Shown one piece after another: positions 12,883-21,395 of a stretch of 47,498 nucleotides of DNA. Position numbers and translations under genes: made by a program. Where the stretch lies: positions 1 through 47,498 of the forward strand of contig JBDRGC010000459.1 in the NCBI GenBank assembly GCA_043818215.1. The letters are read 5' to 3'. The notes beneath the pieces were generated by a model. The model searched no databases and was not told the origin of the DNA. It saw only the letters and a list, made by a program, of their open reading frames with translations. Numbering within the stretch: the stretch's first letter is position 1; every line of letters starts with the position of its first letter. This stretch comes from Chloroflexota bacterium. Lineage in GTDB: Bacteria; Chloroflexota; Anaerolineae; Anaerolineales; UBA11858.

Positions 12883-13488
12883 CTAATCCATTTCCTGACG
12901 CCCCGCCAGAGCACGAAGAAGTGTGCTTTGGTCGGCGTATTCCAGGTCTCCGCCCATGGGTAGGCCACGCGCCAGCCGCGTGACATGCACTCCCAATGGC
13001 TGCAATCGCCGGCGCAAATACATGGCGGTAGCATCCCCTTCCATGCTAGGGTTTGTCGCCAGAATAACTTCGCCAACATCATCAACTTGCACCCGTGCCA
13101 ACAACTCGCGGATTTTTATATCTTCGGGGCCGATTCCCTCGATTGGGGAAAGCACACCATGCAATACATGATAGCGCCCTTGATAGCCCCCTGTCCGTTC
13201 CAAGGCCAGCACATCTAACGGCTCCTCGACAACACAAAGCAAGGAACCATCCCGATCAGGACTGGCACATATCTCGCACTCTGCGCGCCCGGCCTCAGTG
13301 ATATTGAAACAGATCGGGCAAAAATCGGTTCCAGATTTTAGAGTTTGCAGCGCATCCGCCAGGTCTAATGATAAGTTATCCGGGGTACGCAAAAGGTAAA
13401 AGGTCAGCCGCGAGGCGGTCTTGGGACCTACGCCGGGCAGACGGGAAAAGGCATCTATCAGGTCTTGGATGGGTTGAGGAAGGAGCAT
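12883..13488 (-). CDS. recR: Recombination protein RecR
   Basis: 201 aa with the helix-hairpin-helix LPGVGPKTASRL, a C4 zinc finger (CPICFNIT...CEIC) and a Toprim-like C-terminus. Confidence 0.95.
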   Translation of the reverse strand: MLLPQPIQDLIDAFSRLPGVGPKTASRLTFYLLRTPDNLSLDLADALQTLKSGTDFCPICFNITEAGRAECEICASPDRDGSLLCVVEEPLDVLALERTGGYQGRYHVLHGVLSPIEGIGPEDIKIRELLARVQVDDVGEVILATNPSMEGDATAMYLRRRLQPLGVHVTRLARGLPMGGDLEYADQSTLLRALAGRQEMD

Positions 13489-13490
13489 GG

Positions 13491-13538
13491 GAATCAGCGA
13501 ATCAGCGAGTCGGCGAGTCGGCGAGTCGGCGAGTCGGG
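13491..13538. repeat. 8-mer tandem array GAATCAGC/GAGTCGGC (6 units)
   Basis: Read directly. Fills the recR-ybaB spacer. Confidence 0.85.
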
Positions 13539-13544
13539 GGCGGG

Positions 13545-13883
13545 TTAGAAGGGTAGGCCACCGGTTAGAGGCTCGAGGCGCTCGGCGGACAGTTCGCGGG
13601 ATTGATCCAGCGCGCTGTTGACAGCTGTCAGGATAAGGTCTTGCAGCATTTCGACATCGCCATCTTCGAAGATATCGGGGGCGATTTCGATGGATCGCAC
13701 CTGCTGGTCGCCGGTGACGGTTATCGTGACCACGCCGCCGCCAGCGGTAGCAGTCACGGTTTCTTCAGCCAGAGAATCTTGAACAATCGCCATCTGCTCC
13801 TGCAATTGTTGCAATTGCTGCATCATGCCCGCACCCCCCGTCTGAGGGCCTCTCGTCTTCATCCTTTTTGAACGCTTTGCCAT
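13545..13883 (-). CDS. ybaB: YbaB/EbfC family nucleoid-associated protein
   Basis: 112 aa with MMQQLQQLQEQM...GGG.V..TV.G..... typical of the family. GGAGG RBS. Conserved dnaX-ybaB-recR synteny. Confidence 0.9.
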   Translation of the reverse strand: MAKRSKRMKTRGPQTGGAGMMQQLQQLQEQMAIVQDSLAEETVTATAGGGVVTITVTGDQQVRSIEIAPDIFEDGDVEMLQDLILTAVNSALDQSRELSAERLEPLTGGLPF

Positions 13884-13896
13884 AATAACCTCCGGG

Positions 13897-13952
13897 GTTT
13901 CAGTTTTCAGTTTTCAGTATTCAGTATTCAGTATTCAGTATTCAGTGATCAG
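13897..13952. repeat. Heptamer array TTTTCAG/TATTCAG (8 units)
   Basis: Read directly. Fills the ybaB-dnaX spacer. Confidence 0.9.
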
Positions 13953-13977
13953 TCAGTCAATGTCATTAAGTGATCGA

Positions 13978-15546
13978 TCATTGAATATCTACAATTTCTC
14001 CGCCGAGATCGCGCAGGGCTGTGGCAACCATGCCATCCTGGTCAATATCGTCCGGGAGAGCGTCCCCTACAGCCATCACACACCGAATGGGCATAGCCTC
14101 GCCCATCACTTGCTCCATAACCTGGCTTACAATCTCTATATTATCATCCTGCTCCATTTTAGATTTCGCGAACTCGCCGTTGAAGCCTAAAATCAAAGTG
14201 CCATTTTTGACTCCCAGGGGTTTGCAGGAGTTGAGTAAGGCCTGGGTCTGTGGGTTGCGTTGGCGGGCAAGAGAGAGAATCTGCTTCCAGTGCTGGCTGA
14301 TATTTTGAGGCAGCGGATCCGACTCGGGGACAGGGTGGGCAGGTGAGGTCTCGGGGGGAGGCGAAGTCTGCCGAGCGGCACCCACCCTGGAAGTCCCGGT
14401 TTTAATCTTCGGGGCTGCAGCCTCCGTGGGTGGCGAATCTGCCTCCCGGGGCCGGGCATCCGACTCGGGAGGCGTTTTCAAAGATTCAATAAAGGCCAGT
14501 TCGAGAGGCAAGGCTGGCTGCCAGGCGTTACGCGCATCGTTGGCGGCATGGTTGAAAATCCGGATCACCCGCAGAAGCTCATGTACCGGGAAAGCCTGGG
14601 CGTGTTGGGCCATTTGGGAACGGACATCGGCTGTGGCATCAACCTGGTCGGCGTTGCCCATGCGGACAAGGAGCAGGCTGCGCAGATAATCCACAATTTG
14701 GCGGGCAAACTGACGGGGATCGCTACCAGCGTCGAGGGTTTGGTGGATACGGTCGAGGCCGCGGGCGGAATCCTGGGCCAGAATGGCGCTCACTATTTCG
14801 ATTACGGATTGGCTGGCGGCAGTCCCTAATACAGCCTGGGTCACTTTGAGGGTGATCTCTTGCGAGGTGGATGCCAATTGATCAAGTAGAGAGACGGCGT
14901 CCCGCAGGCTACCGGTGGCCTGACGGGCTATCAGGGTGAGGGCCTCAGACTCGACTTGCAGATTTTCGCTCTCGGCCAGTATTTTGAGATGGGAGACGAT
15001 ATCGTTGACAGGTATGCGGCGGAATTCGTGCCGCTGGCAGCGCGAAAGTACGGTGGCCGGGATTTTGTGGATTTCGGTGGTAGCCAGTATAAAGAGAGCG
15101 TGCGGCGGCGGCTCTTCGAGAGTTTTGAGGAGGGCGTTGAAGGCCGCAGTGGAAAGCATGTGAACTTCATCGATTAAGTAGATTTTATAACGCCCCTGGT
15201 TGGGAGAAAAATTGATCTTGTCACGCAGGTCGCGGACATCGTCTACGCTGGTATTGGAGGCGGCGTCGATTTCGATGAGGTCGAGGAAGCGGGCGCGGTT
15301 TACAGCCTGACAGTGGTCGCATTGGTTGCAGGGGCGGGCGGTAGGGTCTTCGTGCAGGCAGTTGACGGCTTTGGCGAGGATGCGGGCGACGCTAGTTTTG
15401 CCGGTGCCGCGCGGGCCAGCGAACAAAAAGGCGTGAGCAAAGCGGTCGGCAGCCACTGCGTTGTGCAGGGAGGTAATGATATGTTCCTGGCCAATGACTT
15501 CGCTCCAGGTTTGGGGTCGGAATTTGAGGTAGAAGGCTTGGGACAT
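13978..15546 (-). CDS. dnaX: DNA polymerase III subunits gamma/tau
   Basis: AAA+ clamp-loader motifs (GPRGTGKTS Walker A, DEVHML Walker B, the zinc module CNQCDHC, SRCQ). I trimmed the start to the ATG at 15546 (MSQAFYLKFRPQ) because the tracked N-terminal 36 aa are translated heptamer repeats. Confidence 0.9.
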   Translation of the reverse strand: MSQAFYLKFRPQTWSEVIGQEHIITSLHNAVAADRFAHAFLFAGPRGTGKTSVARILAKAVNCLHEDPTARPCNQCDHCQAVNRARFLDLIEIDAASNTSVDDVRDLRDKINFSPNQGRYKIYLIDEVHMLSTAAFNALLKTLEEPPPHALFILATTEIHKIPATVLSRCQRHEFRRIPVNDIVSHLKILAESENLQVESEALTLIARQATGSLRDAVSLLDQLASTSQEITLKVTQAVLGTAASQSVIEIVSAILAQDSARGLDRIHQTLDAGSDPRQFARQIVDYLRSLLLVRMGNADQVDATADVRSQMAQHAQAFPVHELLRVIRIFNHAANDARNAWQPALPLELAFIESLKTPPESDARPREADSPPTEAAAPKIKTGTSRVGAARQTSPPPETSPAHPVPESDPLPQNISQHWKQILSLARQRNPQTQALLNSCKPLGVKNGTLILGFNGEFAKSKMEQDDNIEIVSQVMEQVMGEAMPIRCVMAVGDALPDDIDQDGMVATALRDLGGEIVDIQ

Positions 15547-15553
15547 GGGATTG

Positions 15554-15616
15554 AAGACTGGAGACTGGAGACTGGAGACTGGAGACTGGAGACTGGAGAC
15601 TGGAGACTGGAGACTG
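15554..15616. repeat. Heptamer array GGAGACT (9 units)
   Basis: Read directly. Confidence 0.95.
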
Positions 15617-15677
15617 GGAGAAGTGTAACAGACCGTGGGGAGGTGGTCAATCAACTTGGCGGTTTTTCGATTTCCCA

Positions 15678-15840
15678 GCAGTCGGCGGTCGGTGGTCAGT
15701 GGTCGGCGGTCGGCGGTCGGCGGTCGGTGGTCGGCGGTCAGCGGTCGGTGGTCGGCGGTCAGCAGTCGGCGGTCAGCAGTCGGCGGTCGGTGGTCGGCGG
15801 TCGGCAGTCGGCGATCGGTGGTCGGCGGTCGGCTATCGGC
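15678..15840. repeat. Heptamer array GGTCGGY/GGTCAGY (about 23 units, 163 nt)
   Basis: Read directly. Stop-free on both strands, so it generates spurious ORFs (15313-15939, 15635-15856). Confidence 0.95.
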
Positions 15841-16575
15841 TCACGGCACTCGATAAGTAGCACGCTCATTGCCGTCGACATCCAACAGGGTGACAACCTC
15901 GCCCGCTTCCCACACCGCCTCCGGTTCGCTCCAAAATAAGTGCATCACTGTGTCTACGCCAACTTTGGTGTACAGGTTGACAGCCCCATCGGAGAAGAGG
16001 GTTATGTGAGGAAATGTGTAGATATGGCCATCTTCATCTTTAAGCAGCCAGCCTGCGAGGGAGAGCGATCCATCGCCGACTCCTAAAAGCTGCACCCGCT
16101 CCGAGGCCAGGTCGCCCACACCGAACACGGCGACAATTTCAATCTGACCGTCATCCACGGGGGAGGAGGTAGCTTCCGGGGGCAGTTCCTCACCCGTAAC
16201 GGCGGCGGGCGGTTCGGCAGTGGTGGTATCTTCCGGGGCAGGTACAAAGATGATCTCTCCGGTTCCTATGGAATTCGGATCCGTAAAGCCGTTGATTTCC
16301 AGCAACTCATCCACGCTGATGTCAAACATCAAGGCGATTTCACCCAAAGTTTCACCAGGGCTGACCTGATAGGGCTGCAAGGAGATGGTGGGCGTGGGTA
16401 CGGCTTCAACCGGGATCGGAGTCGAGGTTGCCTCAGACGGTAGAACAGACACCGGATCGAGGCTTTCGGTCTCGGAGCTATGTGTCCGGTCCCAAATGCT
16501 CAAAACGAGCAGCGTGGTGCAGACTGACACAATGACGTTAATTAATAAGTAGTAAGCCAGACGTTTCCACTGCAT
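15841..16575 (-). CDS. Membrane-anchored LysM domain protein with a C-terminal lamin-tail-like (LTD) domain
   Basis: N-terminal TM helix. LysM signature (YQVSPGETLGEIALMFDISVDELLEINGF). The C-terminus has the pattern SL.GW.L.D.DGH.YTFP...L..G..V.LYT typical of LTD. GAGG RBS. Confidence 0.7.
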   Translation of the reverse strand: MQWKRLAYYLLINVIVSVCTTLLVLSIWDRTHSSETESLDPVSVLPSEATSTPIPVEAVPTPTISLQPYQVSPGETLGEIALMFDISVDELLEINGFTDPNSIGTGEIIFVPAPEDTTTAEPPAAVTGEELPPEATSSPVDDGQIEIVAVFGVGDLASERVQLLGVGDGSLSLAGWLLKDEDGHIYTFPHITLFSDGAVNLYTKVGVDTVMHLFWSEPEAVWEAGEVVTLLDVDGNERATYRVP

Positions 16576-16645
16576 ATCAACTTTACCTCTTCAGTGAATC
16601 ATAGCACAAAGTGCATTGACGTGCTTAGATTTTGAAACTAGAATC

Positions 16646-16692
16646 TTGAAACGTGAAACGTGAAACGATTTTATCACGCTTCACGCTTCACG
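16646..16692. repeat. Inverted heptamer arrays (TT/GTGAAAC x3 then CGCTTCA x2)
   Basis: Read directly. The arms are near-complementary. Confidence 0.8.
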
Positions 16693-16722
16693 ATGTACAA
16701 GCAGCCTACCGGCTTTTGCTAA

Positions 16723-16980
16723 GGAACCGTGATTAAATAACTTGCCCATTCCCAAACTAGAGAATGGTGCAGGTTGAGTAGCCCCGAAATCTTTTAGAGG
16801 GGCGTACACCTGCACTTGCGTTACGGTGCAAGTGTCGAAACCAAACGGGTCAGCTTTAAGAATTGTTTTTACCTTAAACCGTTTGGTTTCGATACGCTAC
16901 GGCACAAAAAGCGTGTGCCTCCGCTACGCAACCGGCACTAGCATTAGGATACAAATGCGCAAGTTATTTAATTATCATTC
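16723..16980. repeat. About 258-bp imperfect palindromic element (possible non-autonomous mobile element)
   Basis: A 13-bp perfect inverted repeat TTAAATAACTTGC (16733-16745) / GCAAGTTATTTAA (16959-16971) lies within 28-nt arms. An inner inverted repeat is GTCGAAACCAAACGG / CCGTTTGGTTTCGAT. The core is collinear with 41978-42185. Confidence 0.6.
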
Positions 16981-17007
16981 CTAAATTCATATTAAACCCG
17001 TGTACAC

Positions 17008-17496
17008 ATGTCATACTTGATTGACGGCCACAACTTGATTCCCAAGATACCCGGTCTGAGCTTGCAGGCCATAGACGATGAAGTGCAATTGATAAAGCGG
17101 CTGAAAGTGTTCAGCCGCCAGCACAGAAAGCGAGTGGATGTGTATTTCGACAACGCACCTGCGGGGCAATCTCACACTCGCAAATTCGGTTCGGTGACTG
17201 CACACTTTGTTCGACAGGGGAGGACCGCAGACGAGGCCATTTACACTCGCCTCCGCGACCTGGGACGATCAGCCCGCAATTGGGCCGTTGTCAGCTCCGA
17301 CCGGGAGGTGCAGGCCGCCGCGCGGGATGCCCACGCGCAAGTGATTTCATCGGAGGTTTTCGCCCAAGAACTCGAACAGCCTGCCGGGGGGAAAAGAATC
17401 GCCCCATCCGGCCCTGAGTCTGATGCCAATCTCGCTCTTAGCCAGGAAGAGGTCAATGACTGGCTGCGGCTATTTGGGGCAGATGGCGCAGAGTGA
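17008..17496 (+). CDS. YacP/Rae1-like NYN (PIN-like) domain protein
   Basis: 162 aa. YLIDGHNLI at the N-terminus, VYFDN, TADEAI and VVSSD match the layout of Bacillus YacP-type NYN ribonucleases. Confidence 0.75.
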   Translation: MSYLIDGHNLIPKIPGLSLQAIDDEVQLIKRLKVFSRQHRKRVDVYFDNAPAGQSHTRKFGSVTAHFVRQGRTADEAIYTRLRDLGRSARNWAVVSSDREVQAAARDAHAQVISSEVFAQELEQPAGGKRIAPSGPESDANLALSQEEVNDWLRLFGADGAE

Positions 17497-17705
17497 TCTT
17501 TTTTTAACAAAACAGGATTTTCATCCTCTCCCTGTATTGTAATGTCCTATGATATACTCGCTTCGGTTATCCCAACGCTATTAGACAATCAATAGCGCAT
17601 AACTAAAATCACTTTTTGGGGAGACTTCCGAAGTCTTTGTAAAGCTATTGGGAACGAACATCCCCTGACCAGACTTCGGATCCTGCTCCCCGAGCGAGAA
17701 AATCT

Positions 17706-18089
17706 ATGTTTGATTATCTACCAATTGACTATCTACCTATCGCAGTTCTAATTATCTTGGCCATCGGACTAGCAGTTCTGGTGGTCATTTTAGGTCACTC
17801 CTTTGGCCCGAAACGCCCCACCGACGCCAAATCTATGCCCTACGAATCAGGCATGAATCCCTACGGGCCTGGTACGCGTCGGATGCCGATAAAATTCTAT
17901 CTGATTGCTGTCTTGTTCATTCTCTTCGATATTGAAGTGATTTTCTTCCTTCCCTGGGCAGTGATACTTCGCCAGTTCGTTGCCAACAGCCTGGGAATTT
18001 TTGCATTGGTTGAGATGTTCGTTTTCATCGCCATTTTACTGGTGGGCTATGCTTACGCCTGGAAAAAAGGAGCCTTAGAATGGGAATAG
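17706..18089 (+). CDS. nuoA: NADH-quinone oxidoreductase subunit A
   Basis: 127 aa with three TM segments and YESGM..P...R....FY..A..F..FD.E. The N-terminus contains a duplicated DYLPI pentapeptide (15-nt repeat). Confidence 0.9.
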   Translation: MFDYLPIDYLPIAVLIILAIGLAVLVVILGHSFGPKRPTDAKSMPYESGMNPYGPGTRRMPIKFYLIAVLFILFDIEVIFFLPWAVILRQFVANSLGIFALVEMFVFIAILLVGYAYAWKKGALEWE

Positions 18090-18562
18090 AACAAAAACTC
18101 GGCAATCTAGGGATTGTCACTACAACACTCGAACAAGTTGTCAACTGGAGCCGCACCAGGGCTATGTGGCCTTTGCTGTCTGGTTTGGCTTGTTGCGCAA
18201 TCGAGATGATGTGCGCTGAGGCCTCCCACTACGATATGAGCCGCTTCGGAATGGAACTTATGCGCGCCAGCCCACGGCAATCTGATCTACTGATCGTGGC
18301 CGGACGTGTGACCTGCAAGATGGCTCCCGTGATACGGCGTCTTTACGATCAGATGCCTGACCCAAAATGGGTGATTGCAATGGGTGACTGCGCCTCTTGC
18401 GGAGGTGTTTTCAATAACTATGCCATCGTCCAAGGGGCAGATGAAGTTGTCCCTGTGGATGTATATATTGCTGGTTGTCCCCCCCGCCCTGAAGTATTAA
18501 TCCACGGCATTCTCACCCTTTACGAAAAGGTGAAGGCGGAGAAACTTACGAAGTGGCAGTGA
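18080..18562 (+). CDS. nuoB: NADH-quinone oxidoreductase subunit B
   Basis: 160 aa. Cysteines for cluster N2 ([24 protein letters not shown]). Overlaps nuoA by 10 nt. Confidence 0.95.
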   Translation: MGIEQKLGNLGIVTTTLEQVVNWSRTRAMWPLLSGLACCAIEMMCAEASHYDMSRFGMELMRASPRQSDLLIVAGRVTCKMAPVIRRLYDQMPDPKWVIAMGDCASCGGVFNNYAIVQGADEVVPVDVYIAGCPPRPEVLIHGILTLYEKVKAEKLTKWQ

Positions 18563-18563
18563 G

Positions 18564-18755
18564 TTGGTAAATAGGTAGGTTGGTAGGTTGGTATATTAGT
18601 AGGTTGGTAAATTGGTAAATTGGTAAATAGGTATATTGGTAGATTGGTGAATCCCATCTCTCAATACACCAAATCCCAATATACCAATTCCCAATATACC
18701 AATATACCAATCTACCAATCCCCAATATACCAATTCCCAATATACCAATAACCAA
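18564..18755. repeat. Two opposed arrays of TTGGTA-type and TACCAA-type repeats forming a roughly 190-nt imperfect hairpin between nuoB and nuoC
   Basis: The left arm (18564-18650) is rich in TTGGTAAA/TTGGTAGG. The right arm (18663-18755) is rich in the complement CCAATATA/TACCAAT. Confidence 0.85.
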
Positions 18756-18761
18756 ACCATC

Positions 18762-19274
18762 ATGAGCGATAAACTCCAAAACGCCATCCAGGATCTGAAA
18801 GGAAAATTTGGTTGCGATGAGAATATCTACCGCGGGGAACACACACTCTTCGTAGAGCCGCAAGATATTGTCGAGGCCTGCCGCTCCCTGCGGGACGACT
18901 TCGGCTTCGACATGCTCGGCAGTCTGACGGCGGTGGATTACTGGCCCGCAGATGCACCCAGGTTCCACGTGGTGTACCAGTTACATTCCATCGGGCACAA
19001 TATCAGCCTGCGGTTGCGCGTCCCCGTGCCGGGTATAAATCCATCCATACCCACAATCGAGGGGGTCTTTCCCAACGCCAACTGGTACGAACGTGAAATC
19101 TACGATATGTTCGGCCTCACAATCGCAGGCCATTCTGATCTGCGGCGCATTGTGATGCCCCACGATTGGGAAGGCCATCCCCTCCGCAAAGATTATCCCC
19201 TGGGGTACGAAGAAGTCCAATTTAGCTTCAATGCAGACGAAATACATGTAAAAAAACCGTACGTGAAAGAGTGA
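18762..19274 (+). CDS. nuoC: NADH-quinone oxidoreductase subunit C
   Basis: 170 aa with ANWYEREIYDMFG and a HPLRKD-type motif. Confidence 0.95.
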   Translation: MSDKLQNAIQDLKGKFGCDENIYRGEHTLFVEPQDIVEACRSLRDDFGFDMLGSLTAVDYWPADAPRFHVVYQLHSIGHNISLRLRVPVPGINPSIPTIEGVFPNANWYEREIYDMFGLTIAGHSDLRRIVMPHDWEGHPLRKDYPLGYEEVQFSFNADEIHVKKPYVKE

Positions 19275-19328
19275 AACGCATCCCACTCCGCTACGCTTCG
19301 GGGACTACGTCACGCTTCACGCACCACG
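19263..19328. repeat. GTGAAAS / CGCTTCAC repeat pair in the nuoC-nuoD spacer
   Basis: Read directly. The nuoC stop codon lies inside the first unit. Confidence 0.7.
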
Positions 19329-19336
19329 AGGTAAGC

Positions 19337-20566
19337 ATGCCCCAACTCGAAGAAGTCACATTAGATGAAATAAAGCATTTGGTTTCCAATCGAGCCATCA
19401 CAGGCGAGACGATGCTCCTCAATATGGGGCCGCAGCACCCCAGCACCCACGGTGTACTTCGCCTGCTGCTGGAGCTGGACGGCGAGATCATTGTCAACTG
19501 CATCCCTGATATTGGCTACCTGCACACCGGCGTCGAAAAGACAATGGAAGCCAAAACATACCAGCAAGCCGAGGTGCTATCCGACCGGCTGGATTATCTC
19601 AACCCCATCGGCAACAACCTGGCTTACTGTCTGGCTCTCGAAAAGATGCTGGAATTAGATGTGCCGCCTCGGGCACAGGTCATCAGAGTTATCATGACCG
19701 AGTTGCAGCGCATTGCCTCGCACCTGGTATGGCTGGGAACCCAATCCCTCGACCTGGCCGCTCAATCTGTCTTCCTGTTCTGCTTCCGTGAGCGCGAACA
19801 CGTTCTCGATATATTCGAGTTAGTTTCCGGGCAGCGCATGATGACCACTTATATTCGCCCCGGCGGCCTGTGGCGGGACGTGCCAGTGGAATTCGAAGAT
19901 GCGGTGCGCCAATTCATGGACTATTTGCCTGCTCGTATCGAGCAATACGAAGGGCTGCTGACCAAGAACCCCCTCTATATCGACCGCACCAAACGCATCG
20001 GCGTGATCTCTGCTGAAGACGCCCTCGCCTGGGGGCTGACTGGCCCAACCCTGAGAGGGTCTGGTGTCTCCTACGACCTGCGCAAAGCCCACCCTTACTC
20101 CGGCTACGAACAATACGATTTCGAAGTTCCCACCGAAACGAGTGGCGATGTTTTCGGCCGTTATCAGGTGCGCATGGAAGAAATGCGTCAGTCACTGCAT
20201 ATCATCAAGCAGGCTCTCGACAAGCTGCCTTACGGCCCGGTGCGCAGCAACAACCGCAAGTACATCCCTCCGCCCCGCTCTGAGTTGGGCACCAGCATGG
20301 AGGCCCTGATCCATCATTTCAAACTGTGGACCGAAGGTTTCGACGTCCCCAAAGGATACGTTTACTTCCCGGTGGAGTCACCGCGCGGAGAATTGGGTGT
20401 GTACCTCGAAAGTGATGGCGGCAATAAACCCTACCGCGCCCACTGGCGCACGCCATCCTTCATGCACTTGCAGGCCTTACCCATCATGGTCAAGGGACTG
20501 CTAGTGGCCGACTTAGTGGCAATTATCGGCAGTATCGACATCGTTTTGGGAGATGCAGACCGGTGA
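19337..20566 (+). CDS. nuoD: NADH-quinone oxidoreductase subunit D
   Basis: Family motifs (NMGPQHPSTHGVLRL, the C-terminal IGSIDIVLGDADR). I trimmed the start to the ATG at 19337 (GAGG RBS). The tracked 22-aa extension is translated repeat. Confidence 0.95.
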   Translation: MPQLEEVTLDEIKHLVSNRAITGETMLLNMGPQHPSTHGVLRLLLELDGEIIVNCIPDIGYLHTGVEKTMEAKTYQQAEVLSDRLDYLNPIGNNLAYCLALEKMLELDVPPRAQVIRVIMTELQRIASHLVWLGTQSLDLAAQSVFLFCFREREHVLDIFELVSGQRMMTTYIRPGGLWRDVPVEFEDAVRQFMDYLPARIEQYEGLLTKNPLYIDRTKRIGVISAEDALAWGLTGPTLRGSGVSYDLRKAHPYSGYEQYDFEVPTETSGDVFGRYQVRMEEMRQSLHIIKQALDKLPYGPVRSNNRKYIPPPRSELGTSMEALIHHFKLWTEGFDVPKGYVYFPVESPRGELGVYLESDGGNKPYRAHWRTPSFMHLQALPIMVKGLLVADLVAIIGSIDIVLGDADR

Positions 20567-21060
20567 ACAAACTAGCTGAAAAATATTCCGAAAAAATTCA
20601 ATTCATTCTTTCCAAATACCCCCCTGAGCAAAAATGCTCGGCGGTCATGCCGTTACTTTATATCGCCCAAAGAGATGGCGGCTACATCAAAGAAGATGCC
20701 ATCCGTGAAATCGCCGAGATTCTAGAAATGACACCCACCGAGGTAGCCTCGATTGTGGGATTCTACACCCTGTTCCACGACAAACCGGGGGGGCGATACC
20801 GCATTCAGGTTTGCACCGACCTCCCCTGTGCTCTGCGCGGCGCCGACCAATTCCTGACTGAACTCTGTGACCGACTGGGAATCGAGCCGGGCGAAACCAC
20901 CCCCGATGGATTGGTTAGTGTGGAACCAGTAATGTGTCTGGCCGCCTGCGACAAAGCACCTATGTTCCAGGTACAGGCTGGCGATGGTCTAACCTACCTG
21001 GAAAACCAAAGCGTCGAGACTGCCATGGAACTGATCGAATCCTGGAGAGAAGACGTTTAA
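20563..21060 (+). CDS. nuoE: NADH-quinone oxidoreductase subunit E (2Fe-2S)
   Basis: 165 aa. Cysteines C..LPC...C.AAC. GTG start overlapping the nuoD stop (GTGA). Confidence 0.9.
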   Translation: MNKLAEKYSEKIQFILSKYPPEQKCSAVMPLLYIAQRDGGYIKEDAIREIAEILEMTPTEVASIVGFYTLFHDKPGGRYRIQVCTDLPCALRGADQFLTELCDRLGIEPGETTPDGLVSVEPVMCLAACDKAPMFQVQAGDGLTYLENQSVETAMELIESWREDV

Positions 21061-21069
21061 CTTGTCACG

Positions 21070-21366
21070 ATGATTGACATCGAGAAACAAATCACACACT
21101 GGAAGAAGGGAGCCGAAGAGGACTGGGAAGTCGCTCACGACCTGGTCAACCAGGGTCGAATCAGGCATGGATTATTCTTCGCTCACCTAGCCCTGGAAAA
21201 AGTACTCAAGGCTCATTTCTGCAAATACACACGGGATTTAGCACCCAGGATTCATCGCTTACCACGACTTGCAGAATTGGCTTCACTCACGCTTGACCCT
21301 GTTCAACTCGAAATCCTGCTACTGATGAGCACCTTTAATTTTGAAGGCCGCTACTCAGGGATCTAG
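21070..21366 (+). CDS. HEPN domain protein, probably C-terminally truncated
   Basis: 98 aa. A helical HEPN pattern (A..LALEKVLKA) ends at ...NFEGRYSGI*, right at the conserved (s)RYP motif. The expected last roughly 30 aa are missing. GC content is host-like. Confidence 0.6.
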   Translation: MIDIEKQITHWKKGAEEDWEVAHDLVNQGRIRHGLFFAHLALEKVLKAHFCKYTRDLAPRIHRLPRLAELASLTLDPVQLEILLLMSTFNFEGRYSGI

Positions 21367-21395
21367 TGCAATTCAAAAACAGAAGAGGTTTTGTC

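Noticed and set aside
13978-15546. Programmed -1 frameshift site in dnaX (A-AAA-AAG type, as in E. coli gamma/tau)
   Set aside because: Reading the coding strand by eye, I found no A AAA AAG-like slippery heptamer. I cannot exclude other mechanisms without a scan.
13978-15654. Tracked N-terminal extensions made of repeat translation (dnaX to 15654, nuoD from 19271, nuoG from 25146, nuoH from 27652, acpP to 3146, tetR to 41844, cyclase to 45185)
   Set aside because: The extensions are repeat-derived or lack an RBS. Internal ATGs preceded by GGAG/GAGG-type RBS coincide with the conserved N-termini, so I trimmed the starts.
15313-15939. 208-aa plus-strand ORF and 73-aa ORF (15635-15856) across the dnaX upstream region
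   Set aside because: These are composed of antisense dnaX sequence plus translated GGAGACT and GGTCGGY arrays. They are artefacts of stop-free repeats.
16646-16692. Idea that A-C mismatches on one strand (G-U on the other) reveal which strand of the inverted heptamer pairs is selected as RNA
   Set aside because: The asymmetry favours the minus strand here but the plus strand at 40073-40188. In addition, the best LysM promoter candidate (TGcTATGAT, 16598-16606) would place this hairpin upstream of the transcript. The signal is inconsistent, so I dropped it.
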